DNA of 64,000 nucleotides from Klebsiella pneumoniae. Its GTDB lineage: Bacteria; Pseudomonadota; Gammaproteobacteria; Eutrophobiales; Eutrophobiaceae. Below the pieces are notes generated by a model. That model had not been told where the DNA came from. It made no database searches and saw only the letters and a list, made by a program, of their open reading frames with translations. The translations under genes were made by a program, and so were the position numbers. The stretch is from contig CAMBTO010000002.1 of assembly GCA_945870865.1 (NCBI GenBank), positions 22,535 through 86,534 of the forward strand. The letters run 5' to 3'. Shown here in pieces: positions 47,853 through 57,160 of this stretch. Numbering within the stretch: the first letter of the stretch is position 1; the number at the start of each line of letters is the position of its first letter.

Positions 47853-49522
47853 GATAGATATCTCATGATGGCGGAGGATTCGAGCGGTTTTACAGCAACG
47901 GATGCCGTGGCGCGTACGCCTTGCATCCGCAGTTGATTAATACGGGTGAAGAGTGCAGCGCCGTACATCAGGTTCAGTGCGACATTGGCCACGTTACGGT
48001 TGGCCGGTTGTTCGAGCGCGGTGCCACGGGTCCATTCATTGAATGCACCCATCGCCGGCCCGCACCAGATTTGATAGTCGATCTGGCGTTCAGTAACACC
48101 GGCATTGGCCCAGCGCGATGACAGCCCCAGGTACCAGCGGAACAGCAGCGCCATTTTATGTTTCGGCTCCTTGTCGGCGCGTGCAATCTCGGCTGGATTA
48201 CGTTCATTGAAAAATTCACGGGTCTGTTGCCAGATGGTCTCGATCGACGCCTTGAAGATCGTCTTTTCCAGCGACTCACGTTCTGCCTGCGGGATCTGTT
48301 CGATGGAGCCATAGGCGCGATACAGCTCGTACAACTTGTTGCTGCGCATCGGAAACATGGTGCCGCGTTTCAGCACCTGCAATTTTACGCCCATCTCGAA
48401 CATATCAACCGCTGGCGCCATCGCCACGTCGGCCTGATCGGCGGTGGCGAGCATTTGCCTGACCAGATCGCTGCTGCCCGATTCGATGCAGGCCTGGTTA
48501 ACGCTGCCGGTGACGATATACGCCGCGCCGATTGCAAACGCGGCGGCGGCCGTAGCCGGGGTCGCAATGCCACCGGCCGCACCAACACGCAGTGGCTGGG
48601 CATAGTTATATTGTGCCTGCAATTTATCGCGTAGTTCGAGCATCGTCGGTAACAACGTCAGCGCGGGGCGATTGTCGGTATGACCACCGGAGTCGGCCTC
48701 GACGGTCAGGTCTTGTGCCATCGGGATCTGTGTGGCGAGTTCGGCCTGTTCAGTAGTGATGATGCCCTGTGCCAGCAGTTCGTTGACAAACTTTGCCGGT
48801 GGCGGACTGAACCAGCGTGTTGCGACCTCCTGGCGTGAGGCCTTCGCGATGATCCGGTTTGGTATAACGATCGTGCCCTGTGCATCGCGGTGAATGCCAT
48901 GCAGGCGGTAGCGCACTACCTGCAATGTCAGCGCCATATAGGCGGAGGCCTCGACCAGGCGGATGCCGTGGCGCAGGTACACATCAACGACGGCCTTTTC
49001 CTGGCCCTTCTCATTCGGACTATGGATCAGGTTCGCGCAAAACGGTGTATCACCGAGTGCGGCTTTTAATTCGAGTATGGCCGCCTCGATCTGATTAACC
49101 ATCAAACCGGCCGCACCAAACGAGCCGAGCATACCCGCTTGCGCTATTGCCCTGACCAACCGTGTTGAGGCGATACCGTTCGCCATCGCACCGGTCATAT
49201 AAGGCAGGCGGATGCCGTGATCACGGCAGAAGCTCACATCACCCAGATCAGTGATGCGTAGCGGCGGTATCCAGGCGTTTAAGGGGTAATCGCCGGTCTG
49301 TGAAGTTCCGAGCGTGGCGTGGCCGCTGTTGCTGTAAATCTCAATGCCATTCTGATCGATGACATAGAGCGATTTATCGATCGCCGCAATTGCCCCGGCC
49401 AGTGTGGTTTGACCAGCAGATTTGTCTGACGCGTCAGCCGTCCACCCGCCGAGCCGAGTCGACCGGAAAGCGTGAGTGGGGATCTGATCAAACGCAGCGG
49501 GGGCGTTTGTTTGCATGTTCAC
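47849..49522 (-). CDS. pfaD: PfaD-like trans-enoyl reductase (2-nitropropane-dioxygenase-like FMN enzyme)
   Basis: …YMTGAMANGIAS…GAAGL… is typical of the PfaD ER. It is the first gene of the operon, with a GTG or ATG start at 49522/49516 preceded by AAGGA, and a 4-nt overlap with pfaA. Confidence 0.8.
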   Translation of the reverse strand: MNMQTNAPAAFDQIPTHAFRSTRLGGWTADASDKSAGQTTLAGAIAAIDKSLYVIDQNGIEIYSNSGHATLGTSQTGDYPLNAWIPPLRITDLGDVSFCRDHGIRLPYMTGAMANGIASTRLVRAIAQAGMLGSFGAAGLMVNQIEAAILELKAALGDTPFCANLIHSPNEKGQEKAVVDVYLRHGIRLVEASAYMALTLQVVRYRLHGIHRDAQGTIVIPNRIIAKASRQEVATRWFSPPPAKFVNELLAQGIITTEQAELATQIPMAQDLTVEADSGGHTDNRPALTLLPTMLELRDKLQAQYNYAQPLRVGAAGGIATPATAAAAFAIGAAYIVTGSVNQACIESGSSDLVRQMLATADQADVAMAPAVDMFEMGVKLQVLKRGTMFPMRSNKLYELYRAYGSIEQIPQAERESLEKTIFKASIETIWQQTREFFNERNPAEIARADKEPKHKMALLFRWYLGLSSRWANAGVTERQIDYQIWCGPAMGAFNEWTRGTALEQPANRNVANVALNLMYGAALFTRINQLRMQGVRATASVAVKPLESSAIMRYLS

Positions 49523-49605
49523 AATGGGTTGTCCTTGAGAAACTTGTTAACCGTATGTGCGTTGCGATGCAGCATGCCATACGTGGACAGGCAAGTATAA
49601 GCTGA

Positions 49606-49625
49606 AAAGCGCCTGTTTTACAGGC
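49606..49625 (-). terminator. candidate weak terminator downstream of ptsP / upstream of pfa operon
   Basis: On the minus strand: GCCTGT-aaa-ACAGGC followed by GCUUUUC. Confidence 0.35.
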
Positions 49626-49694
49626 TCCACGGGTGGATAAATCCGTGTTTTTTGTGGATTTTTTGGGTGGTCGGTGCGGGAGGGAGTAAAGGCC

Positions 49695-51983
49695 TCAGAC
49701 CGACTTTTTTTCGGCCCGAATAAGGCCGCCGAGGCCTTGTTTGTCCAGTGCAGCTGTCATCATCGCGCGGATAGGCGCGGTTTCCTCGAACTGCATTGCC
49801 TGCTCCCATAACTGATCGGCATAGGTATGGCTGAACGAACGGATGACCCATTTGATGCGCGGCAGGTCACCGGCACTCAGGCTGAGGCTGTCGACACCAA
49901 GTGCAATCAGCAGGATGGCAAACAAGGGGTCGCCCGCGGCCTCTCCGCAGATAGATACATGTTTTTTATGCCTTTTTCCGGCGGCAGCGATGTCGGCCAG
50001 CGCCCGCAGCACGGCCGGATGCAGCGGGTCAAACATCTTTGCGACCAGCTCATTATTGCGGTCGATGGCCAACAGATACTGGATCAGATCGTTGGTCCCG
50101 ACCGAGACAAAATCGACCCGTTTGAGTATGGAGTCTATCTGGTAGACCGCCGAGGGCACCTCTATCATGGCCCCCAGTTGCGGGATCCGAACCTTGATCC
50201 CCTCGCTGGTGACCTGTTCATGGGCGCGGTGGACCAGACGGATAGCGTGATCGAGCTCGCCGGTATTGCTGATCATCGGGAACAACACCTTCAGGTTTTC
50301 AATCCCGTTACTTGCCCGTAACATTGAGCGCAGCTGGGTCAACAGGATGTCCGGGTGGTCCAGCGTCAGCCGTATGCCGCGCCACCCGAGGAATGGATTC
50401 GGCTCTTTCACGGTAAAGTAGGGCAGCATCTTGTCCCCACCTGCATCGAGAGTGCGTAAGGTGACCGGCCGCGGCGCATAGGCCTCCAGCACCTGCCGAT
50501 ACAGAGCGGTCTGCTCTTCCTCGCTGGGGAAATTCTCCTTGCTCATGAACGGCAACTCGGTGCGGTACAGGCCAATACCCTCGGTGCCGACATCGATCGC
50601 ATGGGTAAACCCGGTCAGCAGACCGGTATTCGTATACAGATGGATCCGCAGCCCGTCGGGTGTCGTCGCTGGCAGGCTCGTCAGCGTGGCCAGTTCACGA
50701 CCCAGTTGATCCTGACCCTCGACCAGTTCCTGATAGGCCGTTAATTCGGATTCAATCGGGGCGACCACGATCTGGCCCTGATAACCATCAATAATCAGTT
50801 TATTGCCATCCAGTTTAGCCATCGGTAACTGCCGCGAGAAACCAAGCACAGCTGGTATGCCCAGCGCGTGGGCGAGGATGGCCAGATGTGAATAACCCGA
50901 ACCGTGACCGGAGACGATACCGGCAAGCCGGGCTGGCGGCACCTTGGCCAGATCCAGCGGACTCAGGTTTTCACCGACGAGGATGGTCTTTTCCGGGTAT
51001 TCGCGGTCGTGTTGTTCCTCGGCCTGCAGGTAGCCGAGGATACGGTTGCCGATGTCGCGCATATCGTTCGCCCGCTCACGCATATAATCATTTTCCATCG
51101 CCTCAAACTGCGCGGCATACCCGTCGATGGTCTCGCGCAAGGCACCCGGTGCCCAGTTACCGCTGTGGATCTTTTCTATCGTGGAATTGATCAGGTCTTC
51201 ATCGCTGGCAATCAATGCATAGGCGTCAAACAAAAGCCGGTCGGCCTCGGGCAAGGTGTCGTTGTAGATCTGACTGATCTCCTTTAATTCAGCCACGGCC
51301 TTGTTGATCGCGGTGCGGAACCGTTCCTCTTCAATTTCGGGGTCACCCGAGACGCGGTTTGGCACGGAGGATAGGTCTATCGGGTTGTAAGTGACGACTC
51401 CGGTACCGATGGCGATACCGGGCGCACCGGCGATACCGTTAAACAAACCACCGGCTTTACGGGTGCCGGACAGCAGGCCTTCGATCAACCCGCGGGCCTT
51501 GGCAAACGCGATATTGCCGGCGATCAACGCGGCCAGCGTGGTCAGGAAGGCAATGTCCTGGTCACTGAAGCGGCGGGCCGATTTTTGCTGGATGACCAGC
51601 ACAGCCAAGTGCTCGCCGTGGTGCGAGATAGGCACGCCCAGAAACGACAGGAACGGGTCTTCACCGATCTCGGGGATATATTTAAAACGCGGGTGCGCCG
51701 GCGCGTTCTCCGCATTGACCGGCTCCATCGTCTGTGTCACCAGACCGACCAGCCCCTCATTGAACGGGATCTGGATCGTACCGACCACATCCTGATTCAG
51801 GCCGAAGGTCGCCATCAGGATATTGACGCCGGTTGTGTTATCACTGAGGTAGAGCGAGCACACGTCCACATCCAGCGCATCATGGATCCCCTGCACGAGA
51901 CTGTTCAAGGCCTGCGACAGGTCGACAGAGCGATCTATCGACTTGGCGATCTTGTGTATCGTGCTGAGTGTGTAGGAGGTCAT
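49695..51983 (-). CDS. ptsP: phosphoenolpyruvate-protein phosphotransferase PtsP (EI-Ntr, GAF-domain-containing)
   Basis: The N-terminal GAF domain is followed by PEP-utilising enzyme domains (…GGRTSHAAILAR-like HGSGYSHLAILAHALGIPAV; catalytic His region). 762 aa. Confidence 0.85.
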   Translation of the reverse strand: MTSYTLSTIHKIAKSIDRSVDLSQALNSLVQGIHDALDVDVCSLYLSDNTTGVNILMATFGLNQDVVGTIQIPFNEGLVGLVTQTMEPVNAENAPAHPRFKYIPEIGEDPFLSFLGVPISHHGEHLAVLVIQQKSARRFSDQDIAFLTTLAALIAGNIAFAKARGLIEGLLSGTRKAGGLFNGIAGAPGIAIGTGVVTYNPIDLSSVPNRVSGDPEIEEERFRTAINKAVAELKEISQIYNDTLPEADRLLFDAYALIASDEDLINSTIEKIHSGNWAPGALRETIDGYAAQFEAMENDYMRERANDMRDIGNRILGYLQAEEQHDREYPEKTILVGENLSPLDLAKVPPARLAGIVSGHGSGYSHLAILAHALGIPAVLGFSRQLPMAKLDGNKLIIDGYQGQIVVAPIESELTAYQELVEGQDQLGRELATLTSLPATTPDGLRIHLYTNTGLLTGFTHAIDVGTEGIGLYRTELPFMSKENFPSEEEQTALYRQVLEAYAPRPVTLRTLDAGGDKMLPYFTVKEPNPFLGWRGIRLTLDHPDILLTQLRSMLRASNGIENLKVLFPMISNTGELDHAIRLVHRAHEQVTSEGIKVRIPQLGAMIEVPSAVYQIDSILKRVDFVSVGTNDLIQYLLAIDRNNELVAKMFDPLHPAVLRALADIAAAGKRHKKHVSICGEAAGDPLFAILLIALGVDSLSLSAGDLPRIKWVIRSFSHTYADQLWEQAMQFEETAPIRAMMTAALDKQGLGGLIRAEKKSV

Positions 51984-52049
51984 CTTTGTATTTATAGTTA
52001 TCCGGAAACTGTTCCCAAATTATATTGTTATTTGCCGGTCGGCAACCAG

Positions 52050-52086
52050 ATAATCAATAGCAATAAATTGCACGGGATCCGTGCAA
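52050..52086 (-). terminator. rho-independent terminator of cysE
   Basis: On the minus strand: TTGCACGG-atc-CCGTGCAA followed by UUUAUUGCUAUUG. Confidence 0.45.
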
Positions 52087-52127
52087 CAAGTGGTGCATTT
52101 GCATCATTAGAGGTCAGGAATGACTGG

Positions 52128-52829
52128 TTACTGCTGGTCGATCTTTTTCTTCAGTGCCTCAAGTTCCTGATCAACCTTGTGCATGTGGTCCAGCATCGTG
52201 TCGAGCGCGTTCTGGATCGGGTCGGGCATGTCACTGGCGGTGCCATAGGCGTCAAAGCCTATCTTCTTCGCCATCGCCTGGCGTTGTGCATCCTTGTTCA
52301 GTGTCTCGTCTGGCTTGTCGCGCGAGACGATATGGCCGGGCACGCCGACGACAGTAGCGCCAGCCGGGACATCCTTGACCACGACCGCATTCGAGCCTAT
52401 CCGTGAACCGGCGCCGATGATGATTGGTCCGAGTATCTTCGCCCCGGCACCGATAATCACCCCATTGCCCAGTGTCGGATGACGCTTGCCCTTCTGCCAG
52501 GTCGTCCCACCGAGCGTGACGCCGTGGTAGATCGAGCAGTCATCACCAATCTCCGAGGTCTCGCCGATGACGACACCCATGCCGTGGTCGATAAAGAAGC
52601 GCTTGCCTATCCGGGCACCGGGATGGATCTCGATCCCGGTCAAAAACCGTGACAGGTGTGAGCCGATACGGCCGAGCAGATAGAAACCACGCTGCCATAA
52701 CCAGTGGTTCATCCGGTGGAACAACATCGCATGCAGACCGGGGCTCGCGATCAGGGTCTCCAGCGCCGAACGCGCGGCCGGGTCCCGATCAAATATGGTC
52801 TGGATGTCTTCTTTGATATTGTCGAACAT
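52128..52829 (-). CDS. cysE: serine O-acetyltransferase
   Basis: The N-terminal SATase helical domain is followed by left-handed beta-helix hexapeptide repeats ([41 protein letters not shown]). Confidence 0.85.
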   Translation of the reverse strand: MFDNIKEDIQTIFDRDPAARSALETLIASPGLHAMLFHRMNHWLWQRGFYLLGRIGSHLSRFLTGIEIHPGARIGKRFFIDHGMGVVIGETSEIGDDCSIYHGVTLGGTTWQKGKRHPTLGNGVIIGAGAKILGPIIIGAGSRIGSNAVVVKDVPAGATVVGVPGHIVSRDKPDETLNKDAQRQAMAKKIGFDAYGTASDMPDPIQNALDTMLDHMHKVDQELEALKKKIDQQ

Positions 52830-53493
52830 ACTGTTGCCCGTGTCTTACTCGCTAGTCCCGGATGGCCGGATTCAGCGGCCATTATAACGACTACAGTGAT
52901 ACTTTACCCAATTAACCGAATCCGCTATCTGAATCAGGAAATCAAACAATACATAACGATTTAGCCGGTCCGCACACGTGAACGCCAATAGCCTGGTTCC
53001 TTGTGTCAATGCATGACTGCCACAATAAGAATATTCTCAGGCTCAAATGTTACAGCACGCGGGATAGGCCGCCAGATCGGGCGCAGATATCTACAAAATA
53101 TTTGGACAACCACGCAGAAATATTACAAATCACATGGAGGTATTTATGAAGGATTTCGTGCCCAAATCGTGCGGGCTGATGGATCAGGTCCGTGAGGTTC
53201 TGCGTTATTATCATTACGCCTACTCCACTGAAAAATCGTATGTTTCTGGATATCCGTAACTGGCTTTTAACGCCATCTTATTCCTGTGGCGGGATGTTTT
53301 AAAGTGCTATCAGGTCATGTTTTGATGGTTTTAAAAACGCTTGTTTGAACTGGATTCCGGGCTCGGCTAGCGCCGACCCGGAATGACGGGATACTGAGCG
53401 AGGTAGGGCTTGTACGATTCTTTGGCCTGGTCAGTACCTTCGGGTTTTGTGCTGGCACAAGCTGACAAAGTAAATCAAGACATTAGTAATGCT

Positions 53494-56328
53494 TTAGCCT
53501 GTCAGTTTCAGTATCCGCTGATATTGCTCTTCCAGTTTGCCCAGTCCATCGACAACCTCGGCGAGGCGGTCGCGTTCTTTCTGGACGACCGGGGCGGGGG
53601 CGCGGTCGGTGAAGTCGTTGTTCGCCAGTTTGGCGGCGAGGCGGTCGCGTTCGTTGCGCAAGCGGGTCAGTTCCTTCTCCAGTCGGGCAGCTTCGGCCTT
53701 TGGATCAATCAAATCTGCCAGCGGGACGAGCAGAGTCATTTCTCCTGCGAGTGCGATCACGGCGTCGTCGTCGGCCTCGGTGACCTCGGTGATGCTGGCG
53801 GTCTTCGCCAGCGCGGTGATGTAGTGGCGGTTTGCGGCGAGCCAGTTGCCTTCGTTGGTGTTGCCGCCTTTTACCAGCACGGCCAATGCCTTGCCCGGGG
53901 CGATGTCGCGTTCGGAGCGGATGCGGCGCACGCCGAGGATGAATGACTTGACCCATTCCATCTCGGTCATTGCCGCGTTGTCGGCGGCGATATCCGCGGT
54001 CTGCGGGTACGCTTGCAACATGATCGTCGGTGCGGTCTTGTTTAGCAGCGGGGCGACGCGTTGCCAGATCTCTTCGGTGATGAACGGGGTGAACGGGTGC
54101 ATCAGGCGCAGCAGCATCTCCAGTACGTTCAGCAAGGTGTACAGTGTGCCGCGTTTGGCCGCGTCGGTCGCATCGGTGCCGGTCAGCGTGACCTTCGACA
54201 GTTCGAGATACCAGTCGCAATATTCGTCCCAGGTGAATTCGTAGATGGCCTGCGCGGACAAATCAAAGCGGTAGTTATTGATGCCCTGGTTGATGTCAGT
54301 GACGGCGCGGGCGAGGCGGGCGTTGATCCAGCGCTCGGCCAGATTGTATTCGCGATCACCCTGATGGATGTCCAGCGTGTTCGCCTCCATACACATCATC
54401 ACGTAACGGCTGGCGTTCCATAACTTGTTGCAGAAATTGCGATAACCCTGGATGCGGGCAACATCAAAGTTGATACCGCGGCCCTGCGTGGCGAGGATCG
54501 CGAAGGTGAAGCGCAGGGCGTCAGTGCCGTATGATTCGATGCCGTCCGGGAATTGTTTGCGCGTGGACTTCTCGATCTTCGGGGCGTCTTTCGGGCGCAT
54601 CAGTCCGACTGTGCGTTTTTTCACCAGTGATTCCAGATCGATACCGTCGATCAGATCAAGCGGGTCGAGGATATTGCCCTTCGACTTCGACATCTTCTGG
54701 CCTTCCGAGTCGCGGACCAGTCCGTGGATATAGACCTCGCGGAACGGCACGTTACCCATGAATTTCAGGCCCATCATGATCATGCGGGCGACCCAGAAGA
54801 AGATGATGTCATAGCCGGTGACCAGCACGCTGGTCGGGTAAAACTGTTTCAGTTCTTTCGTGTTGTCCGGCCAGCCCAGCGTAGTGAACGGCCACAAGGC
54901 AGAGGAGAACCAGGTGTCGAGTACGTCCTCATCCTGTTTTAGCGCGAGCGATTTATCGAGTTTGTACTTGCTGCGGACCTCGTCTTCGGTGCGACCAACG
55001 TAAATGCCGCCCTGTTCGTCGTACCAGGCCGGGATCTGGTGGCCCCACCACAACTGGCGGCTGATGCACCAGTCTTCAATATTGCGCATCCACTCAAAAT
55101 ACGTCTTCGTCCAGTTTTCTGGCACGAATTTGATGTCGCCATTTTCGACTGCCTTGATCGCCGGATCGGCGAGAGGCTGGATCTTCACGTACCACTGGTC
55201 GGTCAGATACGGTTCGATGACTGCGTTCGAGCGGTCACCGCGCGGTACCATCAGCTTGTGGGGTGCGGTTTTATCCAGAAGGTCGGCGGCCTCGAGATCA
55301 GCGATTAGCTGTTTGCGGGCGGCAAAGCGATCGAGTCCACGATAGGCAGACGGGATCAGATCCGATGCCGGATTGCTGATCGTCTTGTCAGCGGATTCGG
55401 TGACCAGACTGGCGTCTTTGGTAAAGATATTTATCAGACCATTAAACGGCATTGCTTTCAGTTCTGCCGTGTCCTTGTGCCGCGTCCACACCGCATAGTC
55501 ATTAAAATCATGCGCCGGTGTAATCTTCACACAGCCGGTACCGAACAGCGGATCGACATACTCGTCCGCAATGACCGGGATCTGGCGGCCGGTCAGTGGC
55601 AGTTCGAGATATTTACCGACGAGGTCGCGATAACGTTCATCGTCCGGATGCACAGCAACGGCCGCATCGCCGAGCATCGTCTCCGGGCGTGTCGTGGCGA
55701 CCACGACGTAACCCTTGCCATCGACACGCGGGTAACGGATATGCCACATCGAGCCGTCTTCTTCGGTGGCGATGACCTCGAGGTCGGAGATCGCCGTGTG
55801 TAATACCGGGTCCCAGTTGACCAGCCGTTTGCCACGGTAGATAAGGCCCTCGTCATGCAGGCGGACGAACACCTCCTTGACCGCCTCGGACAGACCGGCG
55901 TCCATCGTAAACCGTTCGCGTGACCAGTCCATCGACGCACCGAGCCGACGCGACTGGTTCGTGATCGTACTGCCGGATTCCTCTTTCCACTTCCACACCG
56001 CCTCGACAAATTTTTCGCGACCGAGGTCGTGGCGGGATTTCCCTTGCAGGCCGAGCTGACGTTCAACCACCATCTGCGTCGCAATGCCAGCGTGATCGGT
56101 GCCACCCTGCCACAGCGTCGCGTCACCGCGCATGCGGTGGTAACGGATCATCACGTCCATCAGCGTCTGCTGGAACGCGTGGCCCATGTGCAGATTGCCG
56201 GTCACGTTCGGTGGCGGCAGCATGATGCAATAGGGCGACTGCTCACCGTGGGCGGCAAAATGGCCGGCCTGTTCCCAGCTCTGGCACCACTCGGCTTCAA
56301 TCTGTTTCGGGTTGTAGGTCTTTTCCAT
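53494..56328 (-). CDS. valS: valine--tRNA ligase
   Basis: [11 protein letters not shown]…[13 protein letters not shown] (HIGH motif) and the KMSKS motif (QKMSKSKGN). ~944 aa. Confidence 0.95.
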   Translation of the reverse strand: MEKTYNPKQIEAEWCQSWEQAGHFAAHGEQSPYCIMLPPPNVTGNLHMGHAFQQTLMDVMIRYHRMRGDATLWQGGTDHAGIATQMVVERQLGLQGKSRHDLGREKFVEAVWKWKEESGSTITNQSRRLGASMDWSRERFTMDAGLSEAVKEVFVRLHDEGLIYRGKRLVNWDPVLHTAISDLEVIATEEDGSMWHIRYPRVDGKGYVVVATTRPETMLGDAAVAVHPDDERYRDLVGKYLELPLTGRQIPVIADEYVDPLFGTGCVKITPAHDFNDYAVWTRHKDTAELKAMPFNGLINIFTKDASLVTESADKTISNPASDLIPSAYRGLDRFAARKQLIADLEAADLLDKTAPHKLMVPRGDRSNAVIEPYLTDQWYVKIQPLADPAIKAVENGDIKFVPENWTKTYFEWMRNIEDWCISRQLWWGHQIPAWYDEQGGIYVGRTEDEVRSKYKLDKSLALKQDEDVLDTWFSSALWPFTTLGWPDNTKELKQFYPTSVLVTGYDIIFFWVARMIMMGLKFMGNVPFREVYIHGLVRDSEGQKMSKSKGNILDPLDLIDGIDLESLVKKRTVGLMRPKDAPKIEKSTRKQFPDGIESYGTDALRFTFAILATQGRGINFDVARIQGYRNFCNKLWNASRYVMMCMEANTLDIHQGDREYNLAERWINARLARAVTDINQGINNYRFDLSAQAIYEFTWDEYCDWYLELSKVTLTGTDATDAAKRGTLYTLLNVLEMLLRLMHPFTPFITEEIWQRVAPLLNKTAPTIMLQAYPQTADIAADNAAMTEMEWVKSFILGVRRIRSERDIAPGKALAVLVKGGNTNEGNWLAANRHYITALAKTASITEVTEADDDAVIALAGEMTLLVPLADLIDPKAEAARLEKELTRLRNERDRLAAKLANNDFTDRAPAPVVQKERDRLAEVVDGLGKLEEQYQRILKLTG

Positions 56329-56704
56329 CGTCATCGGTATTTTTCAGTGTATCGCTCTTTAATAAAATCTGTAGCTCGTTCAGTATGCTTTCACGCATAT
56401 TGACCTTCAGCAGGTTGACGATCTCGTCCAGTTCATGGGTCAGCTTTTGTTCCAGGTCGCCCGCGATCTGTTCGAGTCGTTCATGTGTGGGTTCATCATC
56501 ATCTTCATCGTCGTCGAACGGCAGTTCCGGATAATCGTCCGATTCATCATGTTCGAACAGGTCTTCCAGTATCGGTATGCCCGAGGCGGTATGGACGACA
56601 CGTGACGGGCCGGGGTCAGCGGGCTCGCGGTGTTCGATCAGCAGCGCCTCGAGTTCGTCGATTTTTTCGGTCAACTCCGATTGTTTGCCGGTTTCCTCAG
56701 CCAT
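56297..56704 (-). CDS. small acidic hypothetical protein between holC and valS (135 aa)
   Basis: Start taken at [14 protein letters not shown]. The composition is highly acidic (DDDEDDDE). A small hypothetical gene sits in the same position between holC and valS in Pseudomonas, from memory. The 3' end overlaps the valS start by ~30 nt. Confidence 0.45.
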   Translation of the reverse strand: MAEETGKQSELTEKIDELEALLIEHREPADPGPSRVVHTASGIPILEDLFEHDESDDYPELPFDDDEDDDEPTHERLEQIAGDLEQKLTHELDEIVNLLKVNMRESILNELQILLKSDTLKNTDDDGKDLQPETD

Positions 56705-57137
56705 GGGCCTGTTCCGCGGTGATATTGTGGTTGAACATCTCATAGCCACGTTCGCGGTAAACCTTGTACCGTTCACGCCCGCGCTCACGCCGCGAGGTCT
56801 CATCGGCAATGATCTCGACGATGCGATTGTAATCATTGCTATTGTCGGCCACGGATTCGGTCAGGTTGATCATCACATCGGTCTGCGGTGCCTCGGCGCC
56901 CGGCCAACCGATGAGGATCGGGGTGTCGGATGGTGCATCATCGACACAGGCATGTGGCAGAAAGCTGATGTCCTGAAACGTCCACAACAGGTCGTCCAGT
57001 CGGGCCGCCTCCTCGCGATCAGTTGCCATGATGTAAACGGAGTTGCCCTGACTGTAGGCCTTGCCCGCCACCGTACAGGAAAACCGGGACGGCGCTGTAT
57101 TGCCGTTCAGGATGTAAAAGTCAGCGCGGGCCATCAA
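56697..57137 (-). CDS. holC: DNA polymerase III subunit chi
   Basis: 146 aa. MMARADFYILNGN… is typical of HolC, and it is positioned between pepA and valS as in E. coli. Confidence 0.85.
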   Translation of the reverse strand: MMARADFYILNGNTAPSRFSCTVAGKAYSQGNSVYIMATDREEAARLDDLLWTFQDISFLPHACVDDAPSDTPILIGWPGAEAPQTDVMINLTESVADNSNDYNRIVEIIADETSRRERGRERYKVYRERGYEMFNHNITAEQAHG

Positions 57138-57160
57138 TCTGAAGAGTTCAAGTGCAAGGC

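Noticed and set aside
49523-49694. Confident sigma-70 promoter call for the pfa/ole operon (a TATACT -10 near 49575 with a weak TGTAAA -35)
   Set aside because: The -35 match is poor and it overlaps the putative ptsP terminator hairpin. Read-through from ptsP cannot be excluded, so no promoter feature is asserted.
49618-49851. 77-aa minus-strand ORF overlapping the ptsP 3' end and the pfaD promoter region
   Set aside because: It overlaps the ptsP coding sequence in another frame and has no RBS, so it is likely spurious.
53410-53946. 178-aa plus-strand ORF inside valS
   Set aside because: It is antisense to an unambiguous valS reading frame and has a Gly/Ala/Val-rich spurious composition.
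56705-56836. Upstream extension of the acidic-protein ORF (MITIASSRSLPMRPRGVSAGVNG…)
   Set aside because: It would overlap most of the holC 3' region in another frame. Its composition is unlike the acidic remainder. The internal ATG at 56704 was preferred.
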